From: Squalus acanthias
Taxonomy: Eukaryota
DNA length: 64,000 bases
Direction of reading: 5' to 3'
NCBI GenBank assembly: GCA_030390025.1
Contig: JASTWF010000349.1
Coordinates: 434,001-498,000 of the forward strand
Numbering within the stretch: position 1 is the stretch's first letter; every line of letters starts with the position of its first letter. Below the pieces are notes generated by a model. That model made no database searches and was not told the origin of the DNA. It saw nothing but the letters and a program-made list of their open reading frames with translations. This document shows, piece by piece, positions 25,960 to 37,805 of the stretch. The position numbers were made by a program, and so were the translations under genes.

Positions 25960-26219
25960 TTGAGGGATATGGGGAGAAGTTGGATGGGTGGGTTGAGGGA
26001 TGTGGGGAGAAGGTGGATGGGTGGAGGGATGTGGGGAGAAGGTGGATGGGTTGAGGGATGTGTGGAGAAGGTGGTTGTGTGGGGTTGAGGGATGCGGGGA
26101 GAAGGTGGTTGGGTGGGGTTGAGGGATGCGGGGAGAAGGTGGTTGGGTGGGGTTGAGGGATGCGGGGAGAAGGTGGTTGGGTGGGGTTGAGGGATGCGGG
26201 GAGAAGGTGGATGGGTGGG
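25960..26219. repeat. 34-bp G-rich minisatellite running into the assembly gap
   Basis: gggttgagggatgcggggagaaggtggttgggtg units. Confidence 0.9.
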
Positions 26220-26419
26220 NNNNNNNNNNNNNNNNNNNNNNNNNNNNNNNNNNNNNNNNNNNNNNNNNNNNNNNNNNNNNNNNNNNNNNNNNNNNNNNNN
26301 NNNNNNNNNNNNNNNNNNNNNNNNNNNNNNNNNNNNNNNNNNNNNNNNNNNNNNNNNNNNNNNNNNNNNNNNNNNNNNNNNNNNNNNNNNNNNNNNNNNN
26401 NNNNNNNNNNNNNNNNNNN
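26220..26419. other. Assembly gap (200 N placeholder)
   Basis: Run of exactly 200 n. Confidence 0.99.
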
Positions 26420-26436
26420 ACAGCAAGCCATACTGA
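26420..26436 (+). CDS. CELF1: CELF1 C-terminal codons (D)SKPY*; the exon continues as UTR to the donor at 26476
   Basis: ac agc aag cca tac tga directly after the gap; CELF1/2 proteins end in KNDSKPY. CTG|gtaagt lies 40 nt downstream of the stop. Confidence 0.85.
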
Positions 26437-27189
26437 GCTTTAGTCAAAATAAACTTGAGTTTAAACATGTTCACTGGTAAGTTGGCGCAGCTGTGGAAAC
26501 AATCGAGAGAGAGAGGGTGGTCGTCGAACTCCTCGAGTAACCCCAACGTGACTGGGGCCATTCTCTGCACTCCCAGTCTTTGTGTGTGTGTGAGTGTGTG
26601 AGTGCGCTTCACTTCTGTTTTATTGACAAAATTAACGGTACGATTTTCTGTTGTGAATTTTACGTTATACACACACAGATGTGCTGATGCTCAGTATAAG
26701 GGTAGTCTAAAGGTATTTTTCTTCACTGAAATTTTAGCTGCCATATCATTTAGAATTTGGAGTTTGCTGTGTACTGACGGCCAGGTGTGTTACTGGAGAG
26801 AACGATTACCATTCACTGGTATCTGCCAAAACAATTGCCGTGCAACCACCCTTTTGAGGATTGAAGGACGTTCTACCAGAGTTGCCTCTTGACAAAATTT
26901 TCAACGCCAAAAAAGCCACGCCATTCGAGTATTAATTGAGATGATGAAGAAATGGAGTGCACCAAAGGGAACTGGTCAATACTGACCGTGTTAATCACAG
27001 AACATGGTGCCATCGCCTCCTCTTCCTCTTCCTTGTCCTTCTCTTCACCTTCCTTCTCATGCTTCTTCTCCATCTTCCTTCCCCTCCCTCTTTCCCTTCC
27101 TTCTCTTTTCCTTCTCTTCCCCTTTTCTGTTCTTCTTTCTTCGCTTCATCTTCCTTCTCTTCTTCCTCCTCCTCTCTCCTGCTCCCCTC

Positions 27190-27950
27190 TCCTCGTGCGC
27201 CCTGTCTCTGTCCCTCGTGCGCCCTGTCTCCGTCCCTCGTGCGCCCTGTCTCCGTCCCTCGTGCGCCCTGTCTCCGTCCCTCGTGCGCCCTGTCTCCGTC
27301 CCTCGTGCGCCCTGTCTCCGTCCCTCGTGCGCCCTGTCTCCGTCCCTCGTGCGCCCTGTCTCCGTCCCTCGTGCGCCCTGTCTCCCTCCCTCGTGCGCCC
27401 TGTCTCCCTCCCTCGTGCGCCCTGTCTCCCTCCCTCGTGCGCCCTGTCTCCCTCCCTCGTGCGCCCTGTCTCCCTCCCTCGTGCGCCCTGTCTCCCTCCC
27501 TCGTGCGCCCTGTCTCCCTCCCTCGTGCGCCCTGTCTCCCTCCCTCGTGCGCCCTGTCTCCCTCCCTCGTGCGCCCTGTCTCCCTCCCTCGTGCGCCCTG
27601 TCTCCCTCCCTCGTGCGCCCTGTCTCCCTCCCTCGTGCGCCCTGTCTCCCTCCCTCGTGCGCCCTGTCTCCCTCCCTCGTGCGCCCTGTCTCCCTCCCTC
27701 GTGCGCCCTGTCTCCCTCCCTCGTGCGCCCTGTCTCCCTCCCTCGTGCGCCCTGTCTCCCTCCCTCGTGCGCCCTGTCTCCCTCCCTCGTGCGCCCTGTC
27801 TCCCTCCCTCGTGCGCCCTGTCTCCCTCCCTCGTGCGCCCTGTCTCCCTCCCTCGTGCGCCCTCTCTCCCTCCCTCGTGCGCCCTGTCTCCCTCCCTCGT
27901 GCGCCCTCTCTCCCTCCCTCGTGCGCCCTCTCTCCCTCCCTCGTGCGCCC
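27190..27950. repeat. 22-bp minisatellite (ccctgtctccctccctcgtgcg) preceded by a polypyrimidine tract
   Basis: Homogeneous tandem array; the first units carry a ccgtccc variant. Confidence 0.97.
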
Positions 27951-29256
27951 TGTCTGTCTGTCTGTCCCTCTCTCTTGTGCCCCTCGTGCCCGCTGTGTGT
28001 CTCTCTCCCTCTCTCTCTTGTGTGCTGCTTCTCGTGCACCCTCACTCTCTGTGTCCCTCGTGCGCTGTGTGTCCTTCGTGCGTCCTGTCTGGCTGTCTGT
28101 CTCGTGCGCCCTCTCTCATTCTCTCTCTCTCTGTCGTGCGCTGTCTGTCTCCTCCCCCACTCCACCCCACCCCGTGTGAGACACTCCATCACTCCTCAAA
28201 GGGTCTAGCACTGCCATCATGCTCGCACTTCCTCTCTCTGCCTCCAAAGAAAACTGGTGCTGTGCACATACCGTGTATGACTTGCTAATTTAGTTTCAGA
28301 TGTTTGGAGGGTCACATCAACCTGCTCCCAGGATTTTATCCTTTCCAGTTTTTTTAGGAATTGGTGGGTAAAACACAACAAAATGTTTTTTGTTTTCACA
28401 CATTCAACTTAAAAACTTCCAGGGGAATAATGTGAATTTGTTTTAAAAATGCACAAAGAGATTGGGGTGAATGTATAATTACAGTTCTACCTTTTCTATT
28501 TTTATAGAGGTTTTTTACTGCTCCCGAGTGTTGGAGATTATTTATTATCTGAGGTATTTTACTGGAGAATCAGTGTTTTGTAGGCGACTGGTTTACATGG
28601 CTGTTATATGCAATGTTTGAGGTGGAACTACTGATACAGGGTCCTTCTGACCCTCTTTGATTTAAATACTTGAAACCTATTTTTTTTAAATAACTGTTCG
28701 GAGAGAAGTGTAAGATTTGATTTTAAATTTGGAGCTGGGGAGACGCGCTCAAACCCTGGTGTGTGTGTACGGTGTTGGAGTGTGCCCTCAACACTCGGGC
28801 TCTTTCCTTAAAAGTGTTGCTGACACATGGCTGAGGTGGTGAGTGTGGATCTCTGGCTGGTGAATTATCCATGTTGCAGGCGGCCGCGGAGTAATTGCTC
28901 GCGTTGCACGGAGTGTCCGACTTGTGCAGGGAGACGGAGCCATGCTCCAAAAGCAAGCAGTCAGCACGCTTCCTACATCCAAGTTCAGCCCTTGCGGAGC
29001 AGCGGGGATCGGCTCTGACTGCCACCCACACTGTGCACGTGAGGAGCTCCTCCTCCTCCTCCCTCCCTCCCTCCCAAACTTAAACGCACTGAATCGCAAC
29101 TGTTGGATCCATTAGTGACCGAAGGATATTCCTCATCTCCCGACGTGCTGTTGACACCAATCCCAGGTTACAACAAGGAACTTGTACTGTGCGTGAGGAA
29201 AGGGACAGACCATTGTGCCGAACTTTAAAACAGCCACAGGTAGAATCTTTCTTTTT

Positions 29257-30724
29257 CCCACTTCAGAGATTTGAGGCCGTGATTCAGGCCGACACGCTCA
29301 GTGCAATTCTGAGGGAGTGCGAACTGTTGGAGGGGCAGTACTGAGGGATCGCTGCACTGTCGGAGGGGCAGTACTGAGGGAGCGCTGCACTGTCGGAGGG
29401 GCAGTACTGAGGGAGCGCTGCACTGTCGGAGGGGCAGTACTGAGGGAGTGCTGCACTATCGGAGGGGCAGTACTGAGGGAGTGCTGCACTATCGGAGGGG
29501 CAGTACTGAGGGAGTGCTGCACTGTCGGAGGGGCAGTACTGAGGGATCGCTGCACTATCGGAGGGGCAGTACTGAGGGAGTGCTGCACTGTCGGAGGGGC
29601 AGTACTGAGGGAGTGCTGCACTATCGCAGGGGCAGTACTGAGGGAGTGCTGCACTGTCGGAGGGGCAGTACTGAGGTTCGCTGCACTGTCGGAGGGGCAG
29701 TACTGAGGTTCGCTGCACTGTTGGAGGGTCAGTACTGAGGGAGTGCTGTACTGTTGGAGGGTCAGTGCTGAGGGATCGCTGCACTGTCGGAGGGGCAGTG
29801 CTGAGGGAGGGCTGCACTGTCGGAGGGGGCAGTGCTGAGGGAGTGCTGTACTGTCGGATGGGCAGTGCTGAGGGAGTGCTGCACTGTCGGATGGGCAGTA
29901 CTGAGGGAGCGCTGCATTGTCGGAGGGGCAGTATTGAGGGAGGGCTGCACTGTCGGAGGGGCAGTACTGAGGGAGCGCTGTATGTCGGGCAGTACTGAGG
30001 GAGCGCTGCACTGTCAAGGGCAGTACTGAGGGAGTGCTGCACTGTCGGAGGGGCAGTACTGAGTGCTGCACTGTCGAGGGGGCAGTACTGAGGGAGTGCT
30101 GTACTGTCGAAGGCAGTACTGAGGGAGTGCTGCACTGTCGGTGGGGCAGAGTACTTGAGGGAGTGCTGCACTGTCGGAGGGGCAGTACTGAGGGAGTGCT
30201 GCTCTGTCGGAGGGGAAGTACTGAGTGCTGCACCGTCGGACGGACAGTACTGAGGGAACGCTGCACTGACGGAGGGGCAGTACTGAGGGAGTGCTGTACC
30301 GTCGGACGGACAGTACTGAGGGAGTGCTGCACTGTCGGAGGGACAGTACTGAGGGAGAGCTGCACTGTCGGGCAGCACTGAGGGAGCACTGCACTGTCGG
30401 GCAGCACTGAGGGAGCGCTGCACTGTCAGAAGTGCTGTGTTTCAAATGAGGTGTTAAACTGAGGCCCTGTCTGCCCTCTCAGGGAGATGTAAAGGATTCC
30501 ATGGCACTATTTTGAAGTGGAGCAGGGGAGGTCTCCTGGCCAATATTTATCCCTCAACTAACATCACTAAAACAGATTATCTGGTCATTGTCACATTGCT
30601 GTTTGTGGGATCTTGCTGTGCACAATTTGTCGGCTGTCAGTCACTACACTTCAAAAAGTACTGTAAGAGGCTTTGGGACCTCCTGAGGTGGTGAAAGGCG
30701 CTATGGAAATGCTAGTCTTTCTTT
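29257..30724 (+). mobile_element. Deu-domain SINE (SacSINE1/AmnSINE1-like) with an internally amplified 33-bp minisatellite (29310-30430)
   Basis: 30430-30724 resembles the remembered DeuSINE body (ccctgtctgccctctcag...catggcactatt...cctggccaatatttatccctcaac...cattgctgtttgtggga...aaggcgctat). The array unit cagtactgagggagtgctgcactgtcggagggg is continuous with it. Confidence 0.75.
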
Positions 30725-31894
30725 AAAATGAGGAGCCCTGGCCTCCAGCTGATGTTTTCCACGTCCAGCGTTGACACTGTTGATGTGGTTAGTGACGAGT
30801 GCTTTATGGAGTGGCTGCTCAGCTTTCCTTGTGTGAACCGGGCCAGTCTTCATCTAAGATTGTGGCTTGAGGGATTGTAGCTAGTAGCTGCTTTTTACAT
30901 AATTTGACCTGTACGTATCTTCTCAATTGATTTCTCTCATCCTGAATATCTGTGCCAGTCTTGCCCAGTTTTGTCTGTCCATTTACTTACCGTCATTCTC
31001 CTTTTTAAAAGGATTTTATTCTTCGAGCCGATTGGCGATGGGGTTAGATGCAAGTCGCAAATAAAAGGAGCCAGGGTGAGGGCCCCTGCCCCTTTCTCTC
31101 CCCTCCCTGGCTCAGGGCCGTCTGGTGTCATACTTGTATGTGTGTGAATTACATCTGTTTGTAGTGTTTAGCATGTGCTCTTCCCTGTCCCATTGTTCAA
31201 AATATGCATTGACCCCATGCACTGTATCATTGTGTTTTGTTTTTAATTTTTATTTTCCTTTTTTATGGCTTTGTGTAACTTGGTCCTTCTCCCTTTCTGG
31301 TTTTGTTTTTTTCTAGATATCTTCGTGCCCGTTTGTTCATCGTCTGCCTAGCATGTTGCTGTGACGTCAAAGTTCATCGTCCCCTCGTTGTCTCTGAGCT
31401 TCTCTGATGCTTGACCTCTACTGACCTTTGACCTTGTTTTGACCTTATTAAATTTGATGTATTTCAGAAACCTTTTGTTTCCCCCCCTCAGTGCTGCTGG
31501 GGCAGGCCGCTTTAAGCAAGCTTACAAAAAATTGTTACATTTAAATCTTCTTTAAGAGTCTATTTTTCTAGAATTTCTTAACTAAATTGCAGCGTTTTGA
31601 CACTTCTTTCTACTCCTTTTCGCGAAGCGCCCTTTCTAGCACTAGTGGAGGGCTTTATATCTGAAGCAGCCAAACGACAAAAAAAAACAGAAAATGACTT
31701 GTGTGTGTTCCTGTTTCCGTTTTTTAGTGTGGAGTGTGTTTAGGGCAGTGTGGAGTGTTGTCACATTTTGCTCTAAGGGAGACGAAGCTGAGATGCTTGC
31801 TTCTCCATAAGTTGGCAGGGTGTTAGCTTTCCCTTTCTCCGGTTCAACCCCCCACCACCCTTTTCTTCCTCCCTCCACCCCCTTTCTGCTCCAC

Positions 31895-34470
31895 TCCTCC
31901 CTACACTCCCCCATCCCCCTCCCTCACTCCCCCATCCCCCTCCCTACACTCCCCCATCCCCCTCCCTACACTCCCCCATCCCCCTCCCTCACTCCCCCAT
32001 CCCCCTCCCTCACTCCCCCATCCCCCTCCCTCACTCCCCCATCCCCCTCCCTCACTCCCCCATCCCCCTCCCTCACTCCCCATCCCCCTCCCTCACTCCC
32101 CCATCCCCTCCCTCACTCCCCCATCCCCTCCCTCACTCCCCCATCCCCCTCCCTCACTCCCCCATCCCCCTCCCTCACTCCCCCATCCCCCTCCCTCACT
32201 CCCCCATCCCCGCCCTCACTCCCCCATCCCCCTCCCTCACTCCCCCATCCCCCTCCCTCACTCCCCCATCCCCCTCCATCACTCCCCCATCCCCCTCCCT
32301 CACTCCCCCATCCCCCTCCCTCACTCCCCCATCCCCCTCCCTCACTCCCCCATCCCCCTCCCTCACTCCCCCATCCCCCGCCCTCACTCCCCCATCCCCC
32401 GCCCTCACGTCCCCCATCCCCCGCCCTCACTTCCCCATCCCCCTCCCTCACTCCCCCATCCCCCTCCCTCACTCCCCCATCTCACTCCCTACACTCCCCC
32501 ATCCCCCTCCTACACTCCCCCATCCCCCTCCCTACACTCCCCCATCCCCCTCCCTACACTCCCCCATCCCCTCCCTACACTCCCCCATCCCCCTCCCTAC
32601 ACTCCCCCATCCCCCTCCCTACACTCCCCCATCCCTACACTCCCCCTCCCTCAGTCCCCCATCCCTCTCCCTCACTCCCCCATCCCTCTCCCTCACTCCC
32701 CCATCCCCCTCCTCACTCCCCCATCCCCCTCCCTACACTCCCCCTCCCTCAGTCCCCCATCCCCCTCCCTCCACTCCCCCCTCCCTCAGTCCCCCATCCC
32801 TCTCCCTCACTCCCCTCCCTACACTCCCCCATCCCCCTCCCTACACTCCCCCATCCCCCTCCCTACACTCCCCCATCCCCCTCCCTCACTCCCCCATCCC
32901 CCTCCCTACACTCCCCCCTCCCTCAGTCCCCCATCCCCCTCCCTCCACTCCCCCCTCCCTCAGTCCCCCATCCCTCTCCCTCACTCCCCTCCCTACACTC
33001 CCCATCCCCCTCCCTACACTCCCCCATCCCCCTCCTACACTCCCCCATCCCCCAACCTACACTCCCCCATCCCCCAACCTACACTCCCCCATCCCCCTCC
33101 CTACACTCCCCCATCCCCCTCCCTACACTCCCCCATCCCCCTCCCTACACTCCCCCATCCCCCTCCCTACACTCCCCCATCCCCCAACCTACACTCCCCC
33201 ATCCCCCAACCTACACTCCCCCATCCCCCAACCTACACTCCCCCATCCCCCTCCCTCACTCCCCATCCCCCTCCCTCACTCCCCCATCCCCCTCCCTCAC
33301 TCCCCCATCCCCCTCCCTCACTCCCCCATCCCCCTCCCTCACTCCCCCATCCCCCTCCCTCACTCCCCCATCCCCCTCCCTCACTCCCCCATCCCCCTCC
33401 CTCACTCCCCCTTTCCCCTCCCTCACTCCCCCTTTCCCCTCCCTCACTCCCCCTTTCCCCTCCCTCACTCCCCCTTTCCCCCTCCCTCACTCCCCCTTTT
33501 CCCCTCCCTCACTCCCCCTTTTCCCCTCCCTCACTCCCCCTTTCCCCTCCCTCACTCCCCCTTTCCCCTCCCTCACTCCCCCTTTCCCCTCCCTCACTCC
33601 CCCATGTCCCCTCCCTCACTCCCCCATGTCCCCTCCTCACTCCCCCATGTCCCCTCCCTCACTCCCCATGTCCCCTCCCTCACTCCCCCATGTCCCCTCC
33701 CTCACTCCCCCATGTCCCCTCCCTCACTCCCCCATGTCCCCTCCCTCACTCCCCCATGTCCCCTCCCTCACTCCCCCATGTCCCCTCCCTCACTCCCCCA
33801 TGTCCCCTCCCTCACTCCCCCATGTCCCCTCCCCTCACTCCCCCCATGTCCCCTCCCTCACTCCCCCATGTCCCCTCCCTCACTCCCCCATGTCCCCTCC
33901 CTCACTCCCCCATGTCCCCTCCCTCACTCCCCCATGTCCCCTCCCTCACTCCCCCATGTCCCCTCCCTCACTCCCCCATGTCCCCTCCCTCACTCCCCCA
34001 TGTCCCCTCCCTCACTCCCCCATGTCCCCTCCCTCACTCCCCCATGTCCCCTCCCTCACTCCCCATGTCCCCTCCCTCACTCCCCCATGTCCCCTCCCTC
34101 ACTCCCCCATGTCCCCTCCCTCACTCCCCCATGTCCCCTCCCTCACTCCCCCATGTCCCCTCCCTCACTCCCCCATGTCCCCTCCCTCACTCCCCCATGT
34201 CCCCTCCCTCACTCCCCATGTCGCCGTCCTCACTCCCCCATGTCGCCGTCTCACTCCCCCATGTCCCCGTCTCACTCCCCCATGTCCCCGTCTCACTCCC
34301 CCATGTCCCCGTCTCACTCCCCCATGTCCCCGTCTCACTCCCCCATGTCCCCGTCTCACTCCCCCATGTCCCCGTCTCACTCCCCCATGTCCCCGTCTCA
34401 CTCCCCCATGTCCCCGTCTCACTCCCCCATGTCCCCGTCTCACTCCCCCATGTCCCCGTCTCACTCCCCC
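31895..34470. repeat. C-rich ~21-bp minisatellite (cactcccccatccccctccct) with sequential variant domains
   Basis: About 2.6 kb of tandem units; the core changes from atccc to tttcc to atgtcc to atgtccccgtct along the array. Confidence 0.97.
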
Positions 34471-35769
34471 TTTCCCTCTCCCTGCCCTCCCCCTTTCCCT
34501 CTCCCTGCCCTCCCCCTTTCCCTCTCCCTTCCTCTCCACAATCCCCTCGATATACTGGAGTGACATCAGTAAAGAAATACTTGAATAGCTTCTTTCAATT
34601 GTCGATCATTTCCCATGGGGTTTATTTTCTGGCACTTGGTTTTCTGTCGTTAGCAGTGTCTGAAGCAAAAGTTTGAAGAAAAAAAAGTCTGTAGTTTAAT
34701 GTTGTGGAGTTTGGTGTGAATATACCTTGCATGTATTGTATCTACGCTCAAATCCTCAGCAAAATGTGATGTGACTTGTTGTTAACTCGATTTAGTGCCA
34801 AGTGTTATTGCATGTTACAGCCTTTTCCACTTTGTACAGCTTTTCTGTCTTCCTGACTTCAAATTTACTGTTTGATAAAGTGCAAAAAAAATTGAGTTGG
34901 AGGTTTAAATAAAGTATATTTTTGAACTGTGTTGTGGCAAATATCGTACACAGACCAGGTGTGTCCTGTTGAACCACTCCCCTCCACCCGCTTTAACTCG
35001 GCATGCACAGACTGTGATGTTAGATCCGCTCCCAGCGAGCCGCACACACTAGTGCAGGCGGGGGGTGTGCAATGCGCTTCCGTGTTTTTGTTTACATATA
35101 TATAAATGATTGATTTTCCCGTGGAGTTAGACCTCGGGTGACTTACCGTGAAGTGTTTGATGGATTCTAAGTGGATGTGTCATTATTTGGAGGTGGGTGG
35201 GGAGGGAGACTTTTCACAAGGGCTGAGAGTTGGTTATTGTACTAAGTAAATCACAGCTGGGTTTCTGGAGAAGTGCAATGATGGTCCCCTTTCACTGTGG
35301 CTTGGCATGGTTGAGGTGCTTTGTGCTGACTGTTACCAGGCGCTGTGAGGGTGGTGATTCTCTCGGAAACCCCTCTCCCCCCCCCCCCCCCCCCTCCCCC
35401 CTGCCCATCGCCCGCAACTCAATTCTCACGCATGCATGGTCGGTGCAGACATCTCCCCTCAACCCCCAACCCTCCACCTCAACCCCTAACTCCAACCTCC
35501 AAACACCATCCAACCCTCCAATCAATCCTCTCGCGTCAAACACCACCCACCCCTCAACATCAACCCTCCCCTCAACCCCCAACCCTCCGCCACCACCCTC
35601 TAATCAACCCCCACCCCTCTCCTCCCCTACACCCACCCCACACAACCTCCTTCAGCCTGTGTCTGGGATTTTATTGAGGATTTAATTTCTCCATGGTGTA
35701 ATCTGTTCTATCGCTGTTTGTATCTTTCACTCCACTCCACCCGCTCCTGGCAGGCAAGGTGACACAGTG

Positions 35770-35965
35770 TAGCAGCCCTGCCTCTCAAAGACCTCCCCCC
35801 CCCCCCCCCCCCCCCCCCCCCACAGCCCTGCCTCTCAAAGACCCCCTCCCCCCCCCCCCCACAGCCCTGCCTCTCAAAGACCCCCTCCCCCCCCACAGCC
35901 CTGCCTCTCAAAGACCCCCTCCCCCCACAGCCCTGCCTCTCAGACCACCCCCCCCCCCCCCCCCA
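35770..35965. repeat. Short tandem repeat cacagccctgcctctcaaagac(c)n, about 5 copies
   Basis: Visible units with variable poly-C. Confidence 0.85.
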
Positions 35966-36174
35966 CAAATGGGCTGAGGACAAGGCTGGGCACTGAAGGT
36001 GACTATTGATGCACACTGATCTGAACTCCAACACAGTGCATGTTCAAGAATTGCTTAATCTGGCAAATTAATAGCTGTTAAATTCAACGACTCCTGTTAA
36101 TGCTAACATTTTTCAAATAAAATAACTTAAAAAAAAAAAAATAATTCTCCCAGCTCCTACTTTTTCAAGTTGCA

Positions 36175-36495
36175 AGCTCGCCTGCTGTCTCACCATGGGG
36201 GGGGCAGTGATTGGCTCGCCTGCTGTCCCACCATGGGGGGGGCAGTGATTGGCTCGCCTGCTGTCCCACCATGGGGGGCAGTGATTGGCTCGCCTGCTGT
36301 CCCACCATGGGGGGGGCAGTGATTGGCTCGCCTGCTGTCCCACCATGGGGGGGGCAGTGATTGGCTCGCCTGCTGTCTCACCATGGGGGGGGCAGTGATT
36401 GGCTCGCCTGCTGTCCCACCATGGGGGGGGCAGTGATTGGCTCGCCTGCTGTCTCACCATGGGGGGCAGTGATTGGCTCGCCTGCTGTTTCTCCA
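36175..36495. repeat. ~39-bp minisatellite (ggctcgcctgctgtcccaccatg(g)ncagtgatt), about 8 copies
   Basis: Tandem units with a variable G-run. Confidence 0.92.
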
Positions 36496-37499
36496 TGAGC
36501 CGTGGGGGCTGGGATTGGTTTAGTCCTAGCTGCAGAATTTGCCCAGTTTAAGCCCAGTTAGTCGGTTGGTTTGTCCCTGGCCAATACCGAGCTGGGCTGA
36601 CCCCCGAGGACTGATGTCACAAGCGAGAGTTTGAGCTCGCCAGGGTAAATGCACACGGAGCCCTGGACACTCAGTTCTGTGCTTCGATTGTACGAACCCT
36701 GGTAACTTGTGCAAGGACGGGCAGTCACATCACCGTGAGCGAATGTGGGTAACATTATGCACCAGGTGTCTGCAATGCACCTCCGCCATGGCTCCAGTCT
36801 CCCCCTCCCGTTAAGCACTTACTCAAAATTACACCCCAGCATGATAGACCTGGACAGCCCGCACTCCACCCGAGGGACCTTGATTCCTGCCACAGCCTGG
36901 GGGTGGGGGGAGGGGGAACGTGATGCTGCGTCTCAGACACACCCTGGAGGGGGTGGGTGACATGTTGCACTGATGCTGCCTCACCCTTCAGACACCTACT
37001 GGCTGCGTTCCCTCTCTAGCATCATTGCCAATCCTCCAGCTTCACCACAGGCACTCAGTGGCCCTGACTGTAATGCCCATACCAGAATCCTGTGGAAAAT
37101 GCTTAGCGAATATTTAATTGCCATCTTGTTGTCTTTTGATAATGTAAAGATTGAAAATAAACCAACACAGATACTTGAGTGACTGATTTTCCAAACCCTT
37201 GCTGCTTTGTGAGTTAATAAACAATTCCGAATCCTGTGGGCTTTTTATTGGTACAAACTGATTGTATTTAACTCTCTAGGTTTTGTACAACTTTGCCTTT
37301 TATACGAGCACTATAAAACGATTAACAAATGTGAACGTTACTGATTTCTAAAAGTTTGCCACAATGACCAAACCTCTCTACTAAAGTAAGATGCGATTTT
37401 GCGCTCTCATTACAAAGGAAAAGCTTTTTTTTGCGATGTCATTACCTTGTGTGATTTTTTTTTTTGTGATGTAACCTTGAGACAAATTATGGAATTAAT

Positions 37500-37505
37500 A
37501 ATAAA
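37500..37505 (+). terminator. Candidate distal polyadenylation signal of CELF1
   Basis: AATAAA preceded by U-rich sequence and followed by GU-rich ttgtaagttgttttgg. Other AATAAA sites are at 34908 and 37582. Confidence 0.55.
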
Positions 37506-37805
37506 AAATCAAAAAAACCACTTGTAAGTTGTTTTGGAGCAAACAGTTTGTGTAGAGGAATGGCAAAATGTTGCTAGTTTGAATAAAGCTGGTATTTGTT
37601 TCAGATTTTCCTACTATTTTTGTCTTGACTGGGTACTAAACTGTTTTAACTGCACACACGGATTTGCAGTCATTTTGTATGAAAGTGTGGTACCTTCCTT
37701 GTTTAGTATTTACTATTAAACAGTTTGAGAAGATTCTGTCACCTGCCTCTTTTTTTATGCGTGCAGGTCTGTCTGTCTGTGTGGGCGTGCGACTGCGTCT
37801 TTTAT

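Larger units (their letters stand above)
31317..37520 (+). other. CELF1: Predicted terminal non-coding (3'UTR) exon of CELF1
   Basis: Strong acceptor (ccttctccctttctggttttgtttttttctag) ending at 31316. The first ~150 nt and the last ~250 nt resemble the mammalian CELF1 3'UTR as I recall it. AATAAA at 37500. Confidence 0.65.

Noticed and set aside
3220..26436. Assignment as CELF2
   Set aside because: Some residues are CELF2-like ([22 protein letters not shown]), but [28 protein letters not shown] and MISKK favour CELF1. Synteny or phylogeny would settle it.
24671..28288. Long overlapping ORFs in all frames (AWEWRLGLGV..., PRAPCLPPSC...)
   Set aside because: Products of the 19-bp and 22-bp tandem repeats; only the spliced CELF1 exons are coding.
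31820..34588. 922-aa Pro/Ser/His-rich ORF
   Set aside because: It is a translation of a C-rich minisatellite with few stop codons, has no domain, and lies in the predicted UTR.
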